From Patescibacteria group bacterium (lineage in GTDB: Bacteria > Patescibacteriota > Minisyncoccia > 2-02-FULL-40-12 > IGHO2-01-FULL-4-A): 64,000 nt of DNA. Positions 28,583 to 37,586 of the stretch are shown here, piece after piece (the stretch's first letter is position 1; each line of letters opens with the position of its first letter). The stretch covers positions 369 to 64,368 of the forward strand of contig JBBTUB010000023.1 in NCBI GenBank assembly GCA_038064015.1. Reading direction: 5' to 3'. The notes beneath the pieces are model-generated. The model saw only the letters and a list, made by a program, of their open reading frames with translations. It was not told where the DNA came from and searched no databases. A program made the translations under genes and the position numbers.

Positions 28583-29628
28583 GTTCCGGAGCCACTGCCT
28601 GATGCTAGAAGTTTGCCGGAAAGATTAATTGTGCCTTGCATGACAGACCCGGAGCCGGACAAAGACCAGCCCCCGCTCATCGTACCGGCATTATTCACTG
28701 ATCCGCCGCCATAGAATGCCGTGCCAACCCCATCAATGTTGACGGGGCCTTGAAAGGTACCGTCGGCTTTGACGGTGAACGACACGGTCCCGCCGGGACA
28801 TCCCGCCTGCGCGGCGAGAGAGTTGGGGGTAAATCTTCCGCTCCAAAAACCAATGAACGATGCAATCGTCGTGCCGGATTGAGCCGTTGGAGTTGCGGTA
28901 CCCGCAGGAGCGGGAGTTTGGGTCGCGGAAGGAACTTGTGCTTGAGTTGCCAAGGTCGAACTTACGATCGTGATGACCTGAGCGGAATTGCCTGCCGCCA
29001 TGGTAGCATTACTTCCGGTGCCTGTTCCGATGATATCTACCTGCAAGGTTCCATTCGTAGCTCCGGCTTGCAACTGGGTTTCGATGGCCTTACGAACCGC
29101 CCCCGCATTTTTTCGAAAGAGAAACCCATACCACGGCAAATCTATTTCAACATTCCCGCCACTCATGACCACCACCGTCCCATTGAGCGTGGAGCTGAAC
29201 AAGCCGAGAAACTTTGCCGGCTGGCGATACTCAATGCGAATCTCGTTGCTCTTGATTTCAATGTCGGTAATAGCTGCCTGCTCTTGGATTACGAGTGAGG
29301 CATATGCATCAAGGTCTTGATTGTTGGTAACGCTGATAATCCTGCCGTTCGCATCATTGATTTGCACCGAGCCGTCGGTCTGCGTCGTAATCGTCCGCGC
29401 ACCGCCACCGATCTCTACGGTCGTACTACCCGAATTATTGGTCGTGATGTCCATCCCGGGCCGATTCACCGTCGTATTGCCACTCGCATCAGTCCCCGTC
29501 TTGATGTCGGGACGACTTGGTATAGTAACTGCTTGCGCAGCACTTGCGACCACACCAAACGCAATGCTCAAAAAAATCCCTACTACGAGTACTTGTTTAT
29601 AAAGTATATTCATAGTTTCAGTATACAA
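28534..29628 (-). CDS. secreted low-complexity Gly/Thr/Ser-rich hypothetical protein
   Basis: A signal peptide is followed by T/S/G/N-rich beta-repeat-like sequence. No catalytic motif is seen. Confidence 0.55.
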   Translation of the reverse strand: MYTETMNILYKQVLVVGIFLSIAFGVVASAAQAVTIPSRPDIKTGTDASGNTTVNRPGMDITTNNSGSTTVEIGGGARTITTQTDGSVQINDANGRIISVTNNQDLDAYASLVIQEQAAITDIEIKSNEIRIEYRQPAKFLGLFSSTLNGTVVVMSGGNVEIDLPWYGFLFRKNAGAVRKAIETQLQAGATNGTLQVDIIGTGTGSNATMAAGNSAQVITIVSSTLATQAQVPSATQTPAPAGTATPTAQSGTTIASFIGFWSGRFTPNSLAAQAGCPGGTVSFTVKADGTFQGPVNIDGVGTAFYGGGSVNNAGTMSGGWSLSGSGSVMQGTINLSGKLLASGSGSGTWNVPGGCYGAYSVKR

Positions 29629-29633
29629 GCTGG

Positions 29634-30224
29634 TTACTTTTTGGCAAGCAGCTTCAGCGCCGCGGTGATTTTGTCTTCGGATTTTGCGAGCTTGGCGTCA
29701 ACTTGCTTCATCGCGTCGCGGGCTTGGTACTGGGTGTAGCCAAGCGCCATGAGCGCTTCGATCGCGTCGGACTCGGAGGAGAGATTTGCTCGTGCGCCAT
29801 CGCCGAGATTCACTCCCGCAATCTTTTCTTTGAGCTCCAAGATCAGCCGCTGGGCGGTTTTGGGACCAAGGCCCGCGACTTTATGGAGGTATGTCTCATC
29901 ACCTTGGATAATTGCAAGTTGTAACGGCTGCAGGTCCGCTTTCGTCAGTATCGCTTGGGCGCTCTTTGGGCCAATCCCGGAGATGCTGGTAAGTAATTCA
30001 AAGAATGCGAGCTCCTCCGGCGTGCCAAAGCCAAAAAGCTCCACCGCGCCGTCTCGCGGATTCATCGTGAAGTGCGTATAGAGCTTGATTTCCGAGCCGA
30101 TTGATGCTAGACTAGAGTGCATTTTTTCCGGGATGACCACGCGATAGCCTACGCCGTTGACGTCCAAAATCATATATTTTGCAGTCACCGCTTGGATTTT
30201 CCCAGATAGGTAACCAATCATCAC
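29634..30224 (-). CDS. ruvA: Holliday junction DNA helicase RuvA
   Basis: An OB-fold N-terminus (MIGYLSGKI...GVGYRV) is followed by a tandem HhH (ISGIGPKSAQAIL; VAGLGPKTAQRLILEL) and a C-terminal domain. Confidence 0.9.
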   Translation of the reverse strand: MMIGYLSGKIQAVTAKYMILDVNGVGYRVVIPEKMHSSLASIGSEIKLYTHFTMNPRDGAVELFGFGTPEELAFFELLTSISGIGPKSAQAILTKADLQPLQLAIIQGDETYLHKVAGLGPKTAQRLILELKEKIAGVNLGDGARANLSSESDAIEALMALGYTQYQARDAMKQVDAKLAKSEDKITAALKLLAKK

Positions 30225-30230
30225 TTAAGT

Positions 30231-32225
30231 ATGTTTCAATTAGCTTCCAAATTCAAGGTGGCAGGAGACCAGCCTCAAGCAATTGAGAAGCTTTCGCGCG
30301 AGCTCGACAAGGGCCGCAAGAACCAGACGCTGGTCGGCGTGACCGGCTCCGGGAAGACCTTTACGCTTGCCAATGTCATCGCTCATCACCAAAAGCCTAC
30401 GTTGGTGATCTCACACAACAAGACGCTCGCCGCGCAGCTCTACCAAGAGTTCAAGGATTTTTTCCCGCACAATGCGGTACACTACTTTGTTTCGTACTAC
30501 GACTACTACCAGCCTGAGGCATACATCCCCCACTCCGACACCTATATCGAAAAAGATGCTAAGATCAACGAGGAAATCGACCGCCTTCGCCACGCCGCAA
30601 CGCAGGCATTACTCACGCGCGACGACGTCATTATTGTGGCGTCAGTATCATGCATCTATAACCTGGGCGACCCGGCGAACTATGAAAAAATCTCGCTTCA
30701 AATCCATGAAGGACAGAAGATCTCCCCCGCCGCGATTACTACCTCGCTCAAGCGATTGCAATACACCCAGGATATCGAACTGAAGCGCGGCACCTTTCGC
30801 AAGACTCGCAACGAGATCGAAATCGTGCCAGCAACCGGAGATCAAGTTATCAAGATCAGTTTTCCGGGAACGCACATTGCCATGGCCAGCAATGTCGACC
30901 TTGAAAAAATTATGTACCATGAGCCAAAATTTGAGCCGATTTCGGAAATAAAAATCTTTCCAGCCAAGTATTGGATCGCCGCTGACGAGAAGATCCATGT
31001 TGCGATCGCCAATATCAAAGCCGAACTTGATCAGCATATTAAGAAACTTAAAAAACAAGGCCTCTATCTCGAAGCCGATCGGCTCAAAGAACGCACGGAG
31101 CGAGACATGCAAATGCTCAAGGAAACCGGATTTTGCTACGGGATTGAGAACTACTCCAGCCACTTGGATTTTCGCGAGCCCGGCGATCCGCCGTATACGC
31201 TACTCGATTTTTTCAAGATCAAAGGCGAATTCTTGACGATCATCGACGAGTCCCATCTTACGATTCCTCAGCTCAACGGCATGCATGCCGGGGATTTTTC
31301 TCGAAAATCAACGCTTGTGGAGCACGGATTTCGCCTGCCCTCGGCGCTGGACAATCGCCCGCTTCGCTTTGACGAATTCACCAAACGCATCCAGCAGACA
31401 ATCTACATGTCGGCCACACCCAAAGAATACGAACTCAAAAAATCAGGCAAGGCCGGCATCGTCGAGCAACTCGTTCGTCCCACGGGGCTTTTGGATCCCA
31501 CGATCGAAATCCGTCCGACGAAAGATCAGATCCCTCATCTCCTTAAAGAAATTAAAAAACGCGTCGTAAACAAGCAGCGCATATTAGTCACGACGCTGAC
31601 GAAGCGCATGGCGGAAGACCTGACTGATTTTCTGGCGGAGGCCGGCATCAAGGTCAACTATATCCACTCTGATATCAAAACACTGCAACGCCTGGAAATT
31701 TTGCACGACTTGCGCCTGGGCAACTATGATGTGATCGTGGGCGTGAATTTACTCCGCGAAGGATTAGACTTGCCGGAAGTGTCGTTGGTAGCGATTCTTG
31801 ATGCCGATAAAGAAGGCTTCTTGCGCAACGCCACCACGCTCATCCAGACCATGGGACGCGCCGCCCGCCACCTCAACGGCCACGTGATCATGTACGCCGA
31901 CAAGCTTACCCGCTCCATGGACAACGCCATGAAAGAAACGGATCGCCGCCGCAAAGTCCAAGTAACCCACAACACGAAGCACGGCATCACACCCGAATCA
32001 ATCGTCAAAGAAGTAAAGCGATCCAGCCTGCCAGCAGCCAAAAAAGAAAAGATTTCGAAATGGTATTCGTATCAGCCCGGGGATGCGATTGATGAATCCA
32101 AGCTCACCCCATCCCAGCGCATCGACCGTCTCCAAAAAGAAATGGAGCGGGCGGTACATGATTTGCAATTTGAGAAAGCACTCTGGCTCCGTGAGCAAAT
32201 GCTTCAGTTACGAAAAGAATTATAA
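30231..32225 (+). CDS. uvrB: excinuclease ABC subunit B
   Basis: The N-terminus FKVAGDQPQAIEKL is followed by Walker A GVTGSGKT, a beta-hairpin, helicase motifs and the C-terminal UvrC-interaction coiled coil. Confidence 0.97.
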   Translation: MFQLASKFKVAGDQPQAIEKLSRELDKGRKNQTLVGVTGSGKTFTLANVIAHHQKPTLVISHNKTLAAQLYQEFKDFFPHNAVHYFVSYYDYYQPEAYIPHSDTYIEKDAKINEEIDRLRHAATQALLTRDDVIIVASVSCIYNLGDPANYEKISLQIHEGQKISPAAITTSLKRLQYTQDIELKRGTFRKTRNEIEIVPATGDQVIKISFPGTHIAMASNVDLEKIMYHEPKFEPISEIKIFPAKYWIAADEKIHVAIANIKAELDQHIKKLKKQGLYLEADRLKERTERDMQMLKETGFCYGIENYSSHLDFREPGDPPYTLLDFFKIKGEFLTIIDESHLTIPQLNGMHAGDFSRKSTLVEHGFRLPSALDNRPLRFDEFTKRIQQTIYMSATPKEYELKKSGKAGIVEQLVRPTGLLDPTIEIRPTKDQIPHLLKEIKKRVVNKQRILVTTLTKRMAEDLTDFLAEAGIKVNYIHSDIKTLQRLEILHDLRLGNYDVIVGVNLLREGLDLPEVSLVAILDADKEGFLRNATTLIQTMGRAARHLNGHVIMYADKLTRSMDNAMKETDRRRKVQVTHNTKHGITPESIVKEVKRSSLPAAKKEKISKWYSYQPGDAIDESKLTPSQRIDRLQKEMERAVHDLQFEKALWLREQMLQLRKEL

Positions 32226-32280
32226 ATTTTCTCATTGCAGTCTTTTGCAAAATGCTGCAATGAATGCTCAAAACGAATAA

Positions 32281-32314
32281 CAGCCCGACTTTTTCCGAAG
32301 AAAAAGCAGGGCTG
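32281..32314. terminator. bidirectional hairpin terminator between uvrB (+) and cassette 3 (-)
   Basis: CAGCCCgaCTTTTTCcgaaGAAAAAGcaGGGCTG is a double hairpin with T-runs on both strands. Confidence 0.65.
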
Positions 32315-32360
32315 CAGAAACTAAGCGACCACGGTAGTAAGGACCCGAGGTCCGAAGAGG

Positions 32361-32780
32361 CTACTTGCGAAGACGGACGGAGACGCTGTTGCGATTGAAG
32401 TTGTGGCCGAGGTAGTAGCAAAAGAACAGCGTGCGCTTCTTGCCACGCCGTGGGCTGAGACATGGCACAACCCAGCAGCCGCTCGGACCCCGCCCAACCG
32501 TCCCTAGCGCGAGCAGGTACTTGTCGTCCAGCTCGCGCGGGATTTTGGTGACCATGCCCCGCAGGCACTCGAGGTGCTTCAGGCCTGCGGCGACCTCCCT
32601 TTCCTTGACCCAGAGTATCTTGCCCTTGATCACGTCCCCGTCTCCCTCCTGAAGGACGGGGACGAACTCCAGAGTTTCGCCCCCGATGAAGGGAACGTCT
32701 TCTATAAGCTCCCAGCCGTCATTGGAGCCTGACGGAGGCTTCAACTGCATTTGTGGGATAGGCCATATGTGCGTTGCCAT
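32361..32780 (-). CDS. GC-rich orphan cassette 3: 139-aa hypothetical protein
   Basis: AAGGAGG sits 8 nt before the ATG at 32780 (MATHIWPIPQ...). The composition is atypical, with a terminator downstream. The ORF-track start at 32840 is an extension. Confidence 0.5.
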   Translation of the reverse strand: MATHIWPIPQMQLKPPSGSNDGWELIEDVPFIGGETLEFVPVLQEGDGDVIKGKILWVKEREVAAGLKHLECLRGMVTKIPRELDDKYLLALGTVGRGPSGCWVVPCLSPRRGKKRTLFFCYYLGHNFNRNSVSVRLRK

Positions 32781-32810
32781 GAGTTTTTTCCTCCTTTCAT
32801 GGCTTCGGAT

Positions 32811-32850
32811 ACAGCACTGAATACATGAATCTTCACACACTCAATGCTGT
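32811..32850. promoter_or_regulatory. inverted repeat ACAGCACTGA-N20-TCAATGCTGT in the divergent cassette 3 / rpsT promoter region
   Basis: Nine of ten positions pair. It overlaps the TTGAGT / TATTCA promoter-like hexamers of cassette 3, so an operator is plausible. Confidence 0.4.
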
Positions 32851-32978
32851 ACCCGATCTTCGCAAAGTAGCTTCAAATCAAAGAACAAATATGTCTCGTA
32901 TCAAACCACAAATCGGTTATTTACGCAAGATCGCGAAAACGCTTGTTTTTTTACAAGAAGTATAGTATTATTTCCTTC

Positions 32979-33245
32979 ATGCCTATTACTACATCAGCCA
33001 AGAAAGCGCTTCGACAGTCAAAGCGCAAGAAATCATTCAATGACCGCCGCAAGCGGCTCTATCGTGATGCCGTCAAAGAGTTCAAAAAAGCAGTCGCCGC
33101 CAAGGAATTTGACAAAGCAAAATCGCTGCTCCCCCAGGTCTATAAGCGACTGGACAAAGCAGCGAAGTCTCATACCATTGCCAAAAACAAAGCGAGCCGA
33201 ACCAAGTCTCGTCTTACTGCACTGATGAAGTCGCCGAAGGCGTAG
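32979..33245 (+). CDS. rpsT: 30S ribosomal protein S20
   Basis: MPITTSAKKALRQSKRKKSFNDRRKRLYRDAVKEF is the bS20 pattern. A TATTAT -10 lies about 7 nt upstream, so the transcript is leaderless or has no SD. Confidence 0.9.
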   Translation: MPITTSAKKALRQSKRKKSFNDRRKRLYRDAVKEFKKAVAAKEFDKAKSLLPQVYKRLDKAAKSHTIAKNKASRTKSRLTALMKSPKA

Positions 33246-33561
33246 GCTTGAGAGTTTCTCTCGAACGCTTTTCTTTCTTTGCCTCAGTTTGTGCTTGCTT
33301 GAGGCAAGCATTTTTGACGCGCACGGCCATCTCATGCTTCTTCTTCGCTTCCTTCATGGCAACTTTGTACGCTTCCTCCGCACGGCGAAATCCGACTTTA
33401 CATGCGTCTGCCGAAGTTCCCTCAGGGACACTGATAGCCGCCGTCGTATCATCCGAAGAACCGGAAAAGCCAACGGTTTCTATGGCATTCAGATTCGCGG
33501 CATCGCCAATCGCGAACCCACCAACGAACAGGAGTCCTGCTGCAAGAATGAGTTTATTCAT
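33214..33561 (-). CDS. small secreted hypothetical protein (signal peptide plus Lys-rich tail)
   Basis: It starts MNKLILAAGLLFVGGFAIGDAANL. A TATAAT -10 lies 6 nt before the ATG. The composition is host-like. Confidence 0.5.
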   Translation of the reverse strand: MNKLILAAGLLFVGGFAIGDAANLNAIETVGFSGSSDDTTAAISVPEGTSADACKVGFRRAEEAYKVAMKEAKKKHEMAVRVKNACLKQAQTEAKKEKRSRETLKPTPSATSSVQ

Positions 33562-33600
33562 GGCTTTATTATAGTCTTTTTGGAAATAAAGTTATGCACA

Positions 33601-33668
33601 CCCAGTAAGACAACATCGCGTAGCTCCGCTTTTGCGGCTACGCCGCAGCGCGATGTTGCTCTACTGGG
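33601..33668. repeat. nested inverted-repeat structured element (about 68 nt) between ftsW and the downstream gene
   Basis: The outer arms are cccagtaagacaacatcgcg and cgcgatgttgctctactggg. The inner arms are gcgtagc and gctacgc, enclosing a ccgcttttgcgg hairpin. Confidence 0.6.
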
Positions 33669-33674
33669 CACACC

Positions 33675-34772
33675 TCAGCTCCGCGCCACGCTTCGTACTA
33701 CTCCCATCGCCGCCATCAGTGATACAAGCGATGAGCTGCCGTAGCTGATCAATGGCAGGGGTACGCCGGTCAGCGGCACTAATCCACTAATTGCGGCGAT
33801 ATTTATAAAAGCTTGGCCACCAATCCAAGTCGCAACACCCAACACGAAGAGGCGCCCGAAAGGATCCGTGGTGTGTTTCGCCAGCCTGATCATAGCAAAC
33901 AAGAAAGCGACATATAACGCGATCAGCGCGACGCCCCCGACGAATCCCAGTTCTTCAACCGTAATGGCAAAAATCGAGTCCCCCAGCGGCTCGGGCAGAT
34001 AATTGAGTTTTTGCCGGCTCTGCCCGTACCCAAGGCCAAACATACCGCCCGATCCGATACTGATCTTCGCTTGATTGATATGATACGAGGTTCCCTGTTT
34101 GTCCGAGTGCGGATCAAGGAATGTCTTGATCCGATCAAAACGATACGGCGCAGCCAGCGCCAGCCCTCCCAAGATGACCAGAGAGACGATGATTAAAGCC
34201 GCGATATGCTTGAACTTTGCTCCGGAGAAAAAAAACATCGCCATGCCGATCAAGATCACGATGCCGAGCGTACCAAAGTCCGGCTGAAGCACCAGGAGCG
34301 CCGCGACACATCCAAGAACTAAAAAAAACGGAATATGAGCAAAGACGCCATGGCCGCTCTTTTCTCGTCTCCCAAACCACGCCGCCAGATACACGATCAA
34401 CGCGAACTTGAGAAATTCAGCCGGTTGCACCGTTGCGATTTTTATATCCAGCCAACGCTGGGCGCCTTTCACTGGCGTACTCATACCTGGCACAAATATT
34501 AGAATCAGCGACACGATGGATAAAAGCAGAATTGGAAGAGCGAATCTGCGCCAACGATCATATTTAATTTTTGAAAATAACCAAAAAATTATGATACCCG
34601 GCAAAACACCAAATTCAATTTGATGCCAGAGAAAGCAATACGCGGAGCCGCACCTTTTCTGCCCTTCCGCCACGCCTGCCGAGGCGAGCATGACCAAGCC
34701 AAAAATAATAAGCGCGAAAAATAAAAACGTAACAACTTTAGTATTGGGCGAGTTTTTCTGCAAGGCCGACAT
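33675..34772 (-). CDS. SEDS-family peptidoglycan glycosyltransferase (FtsW/RodA)
   Basis: Ten TM segments and a large periplasmic loop, with the conserved FLPEPLGDSIFA-like motif. Confidence 0.85.
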   Translation of the reverse strand: MSALQKNSPNTKVVTFLFFALIIFGLVMLASAGVAEGQKRCGSAYCFLWHQIEFGVLPGIIIFWLFSKIKYDRWRRFALPILLLSIVSLILIFVPGMSTPVKGAQRWLDIKIATVQPAEFLKFALIVYLAAWFGRREKSGHGVFAHIPFFLVLGCVAALLVLQPDFGTLGIVILIGMAMFFFSGAKFKHIAALIIVSLVILGGLALAAPYRFDRIKTFLDPHSDKQGTSYHINQAKISIGSGGMFGLGYGQSRQKLNYLPEPLGDSIFAITVEELGFVGGVALIALYVAFLFAMIRLAKHTTDPFGRLFVLGVATWIGGQAFINIAAISGLVPLTGVPLPLISYGSSSLVSLMAAMGVVRSVARS

Positions 34773-36075
34773 AGGTTTCAGGAGTGAGGGTGAGGAGTTC
34801 TTCTTTTATTTTTTGATCAATTTCCAAATTTTCAATAAACTTTCTCAAATCTTCAAGCGTCAGCTGCTTGCCGCGTGTCAGTTCCTTGAGCTTCTCATAC
34901 GGCATAGGCACGCCTTCGCGGCGCAAGATGGTCTGGATTGCCTCGGCAAGGACTTCAGGATGAGCCACCAGCGCTTCCCGCATGGCTGTTTCATTGATGG
35001 CAATTCTACTCAAACCATTCTGGAGTGAGTGATACGCAATCATAGAATACGCGAATGCAGAACCGATACTTCGCAACACCGTAGAATCCGACAAATCTCG
35101 TTGCAGTCGTGAGATAGGAAGTTTTTGGGAAAAATGATTCAACAAAGCATTCGCAAGCCCGAGATTCCCTTCACTATTTTCAAATTGGATGGGATTGATT
35201 TTGTGGGGCATCGTCGAAGAGCCAACTTCACCAGCGATGGCTTTTTGGATAATCCATTCGTCGCTAATATAGCGCCACATATCTTGATTAAAATCGATGA
35301 GGATCGAATTGATCCGGCGGAGCGTATCAAAGAGCTCGGCGAAGTTATCATAAGGTTCGATTTGTGTAGTGACGAGATTCGGCTCCAATCCAAGTGAGCG
35401 TATGAATTTTTTTGAAAATGCGATCCAGTCAATCTTGGGATACGCCGCAACCAGTGCGTTGTAGTTCCCAGTCGCGCCGTTGAGTTTTGCAAGCGCTTTC
35501 CACTGTTTGAGTTGTTCGAGTTGCCGCTGAAGACGATTTCTGAATACGGCCATCTCTTTTCCAAAGGTCGTAGGGCTTGCCGGCTGGCCATGCGTTCGCG
35601 CCAACATGGGAACGTTTTTAAATTTCAAGCTTGCGGCGATTTTCTCAAGCTCGGGAATCAGGACTTCTTGCAAGGCATCCTGAAGCATCAATGCATAGGG
35701 AATATTGGTCGCATCCCACGTCGTCAGTCCAAAATGAATCCACTCGATCGCATTTGCAAGCGTCGTTTCTTTGAGCTTTGACTTCATCCAGTACTCGATC
35801 GCCTTAAGATCGTGATTGGTTGTCGCCTCAATCTCTTTGATCGCTTCGGCGTCTTTGGCGCTAAACTGCTTCGCCAATTCTCGAATGCCGACAATTTCAG
35901 TTTTGGTTAATTTGCGTAGACCAATCCCTTGCACCTGCGAAAGCGCAATCAAGTACTCGCCCTCCATGTGCACCCGATACTTCATAAACGCTTCCTCGCT
36001 AAAAAACTTCACCAGCGGCTCGGTGTAGTTGCGGTAGCGACCGTCAATAGGAGAAATGGCGTCAAGCATGATCAT
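34738..36075 (-). CDS. purB: adenylosuccinate lyase
   Basis: Fumarate-lyase superfamily, PurB subfamily: SPIDGRYRN N-terminus, the GSSTMPHKINP signature and a C-terminal ADSL domain. Confidence 0.93.
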   Translation of the reverse strand: MIMLDAISPIDGRYRNYTEPLVKFFSEEAFMKYRVHMEGEYLIALSQVQGIGLRKLTKTEIVGIRELAKQFSAKDAEAIKEIEATTNHDLKAIEYWMKSKLKETTLANAIEWIHFGLTTWDATNIPYALMLQDALQEVLIPELEKIAASLKFKNVPMLARTHGQPASPTTFGKEMAVFRNRLQRQLEQLKQWKALAKLNGATGNYNALVAAYPKIDWIAFSKKFIRSLGLEPNLVTTQIEPYDNFAELFDTLRRINSILIDFNQDMWRYISDEWIIQKAIAGEVGSSTMPHKINPIQFENSEGNLGLANALLNHFSQKLPISRLQRDLSDSTVLRSIGSAFAYSMIAYHSLQNGLSRIAINETAMREALVAHPEVLAEAIQTILRREGVPMPYEKLKELTRGKQLTLEDLRKFIENLEIDQKIKEELLTLTPETYVGLAEKLAQY

Positions 36076-37586
36076 AGAAACTCAATCGTAGCAGGGGGCT
36101 TCTGGGTTATATCATACAGCACGCGGGTCACTCCTGCCACTTCATTGACAATGCGGCTGGCGGTGTGGGAGAGAAAGTCATGCGGGAACGGGTACCAGTC
36201 AGCGGTCATAAAGTCCGGCGTGGTGATGGCGCGCAGGAGAATCATATAGCCATACTCGCGCTCGTCGCCTTTTACGCCGACGGCGCGGCTCGTGTCGAGC
36301 GCGGCAAGGGCTTGTGAAATATGCCGGTAGTGACCGGCTTTTTTAATTTCTTCGATAAATATTGCGTCTGCTTTTCGCAAGATCTCCAGTCGCTCTGGCG
36401 TGATCTCGCCAAGGATGCGAATGCCAAGCCCCGGCCCCGGAAACGGATGGCGCCAGATGCTGTCCTCGGGAAGGCCAAGCTCCTTGCCCAGCGCGCGCAC
36501 TTCGTCTTTAAAAAGCTCTTTGAGCGGCTCGATGACGCGTCCTTGCTTGATGAGCTCCAGGACTTCCGGCGCGCGATTGTGATGCGTCTTAATCGTATCC
36601 GACGGCCCATGGACACTGACGCTTTCGATGACGTCCGGATACAGCGTCCCCTGGCTCAAGAAGTCTTTGGGGCCAACATGCGCCATCAAGACTTCAATAA
36701 ACACTCTTCCAATTATTTTTCTCTTCTGCTCGGGATCAGTTATCCCCTGTAATTCTTTCAAAAATTTCTCTGATGCATCGATAAACTGCACTTGCAACTT
36801 TAAACTCTTAAACTTTGAACGTACTTCTTTGGCTTCTTCCAGACGCAAGAGGCCATTGTCAATAAAAATATTTTTTGTTTTTACGCCGGATTTTTTTAAG
36901 AGCAGCGCTAATACCGTGGAATCTACCCCTCCGGAGAGCGCATGCACCACAGTGTTTATTCCACTATTCGCGCGAATTAGAGATAGGATGTCGCCCAGGA
37001 GATGCTTCGGGGTCCACTCCGGCTTCATCTCGCAAATTTTGGCGAAGTTCTCAAGAATCTTTGTCCCGTATTCCGTGTGTGCGACTTCGAGATGAAATTG
37101 CACACCATAGAAATTGCGCTTAGGATCGGCAATCGCCGCATGCGGCGACGTTGATGAATGTCCGATCGTCTTGAAGCCTTTAGGAAGCTTAGTAACGATA
37201 TCGAAGTGGGACATCCAGACGATTTGCTCTTTTGGTGTACCGGCAAAAAAAGCGTCTGAAACTTTTATTTTAGTTTTACCGTACTCTCGCTCCGTGCCGC
37301 TTTTTACCGTGCCACCGAGCATATGGGATAAAACTTGGATGCCGTAGCAAATGCCAAGAACCGGCTTGCCAAGGCTAAAGATGCCCGGATCCGGTAGTGC
37401 GCCGTCTTTGGCATAGACACTCGATGGACCACCGGAAAGTATAAAACCTCGAATGTTAGGATTTTGCAGTCTCGAAAGCGGAACATTATAAGCCACGATT
37501 TCCGCATGATACCGCATCGCCCGCAGTCTGCGGGCGATGAGTTGAGTTACTTGTGATCCGAAATCGAGGATTACTATCGTGTCCAT
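36072..37586 (-). CDS. guaA: GMP synthase (glutamine-hydrolysing)
   Basis: The N-terminal class I GATase (GICYGIQ) is followed by the ATP-PPase SGGVDSTV P-loop and a C-terminal dimerisation domain ending ...PPATIEFL. Confidence 0.95.
   Translation of the reverse strand: MDTIVILDFGSQVTQLIARRLRAMRYHAEIVAYNVPLSRLQNPNIRGFILSGGPSSVYAKDGALPDPGIFSLGKPVLGICYGIQVLSHMLGGTVKSGTEREYGKTKIKVSDAFFAGTPKEQIVWMSHFDIVTKLPKGFKTIGHSSTSPHAAIADPKRNFYGVQFHLEVAHTEYGTKILENFAKICEMKPEWTPKHLLGDILSLIRANSGINTVVHALSGGVDSTVLALLLKKSGVKTKNIFIDNGLLRLEEAKEVRSKFKSLKLQVQFIDASEKFLKELQGITDPEQKRKIIGRVFIEVLMAHVGPKDFLSQGTLYPDVIESVSVHGPSDTIKTHHNRAPEVLELIKQGRVIEPLKELFKDEVRALGKELGLPEDSIWRHPFPGPGLGIRILGEITPERLEILRKADAIFIEEIKKAGHYRHISQALAALDTSRAVGVKGDEREYGYMILLRAITTPDFMTADWYPFPHDFLSHTASRIVNEVAGVTRVLYDITQKPPATIEFL

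Noticed and set aside
32841-32978. Longer S20 start at the TTG codon at 32943 (the ORF-track start).
   Set aside because: The extra 12 residues (MFFYKKYSIISF) are a translation of the AT-rich promoter (TTGTTT-17-TATTAT). The S20 family N-terminus aligns with MPITTSAKKA at 32979.
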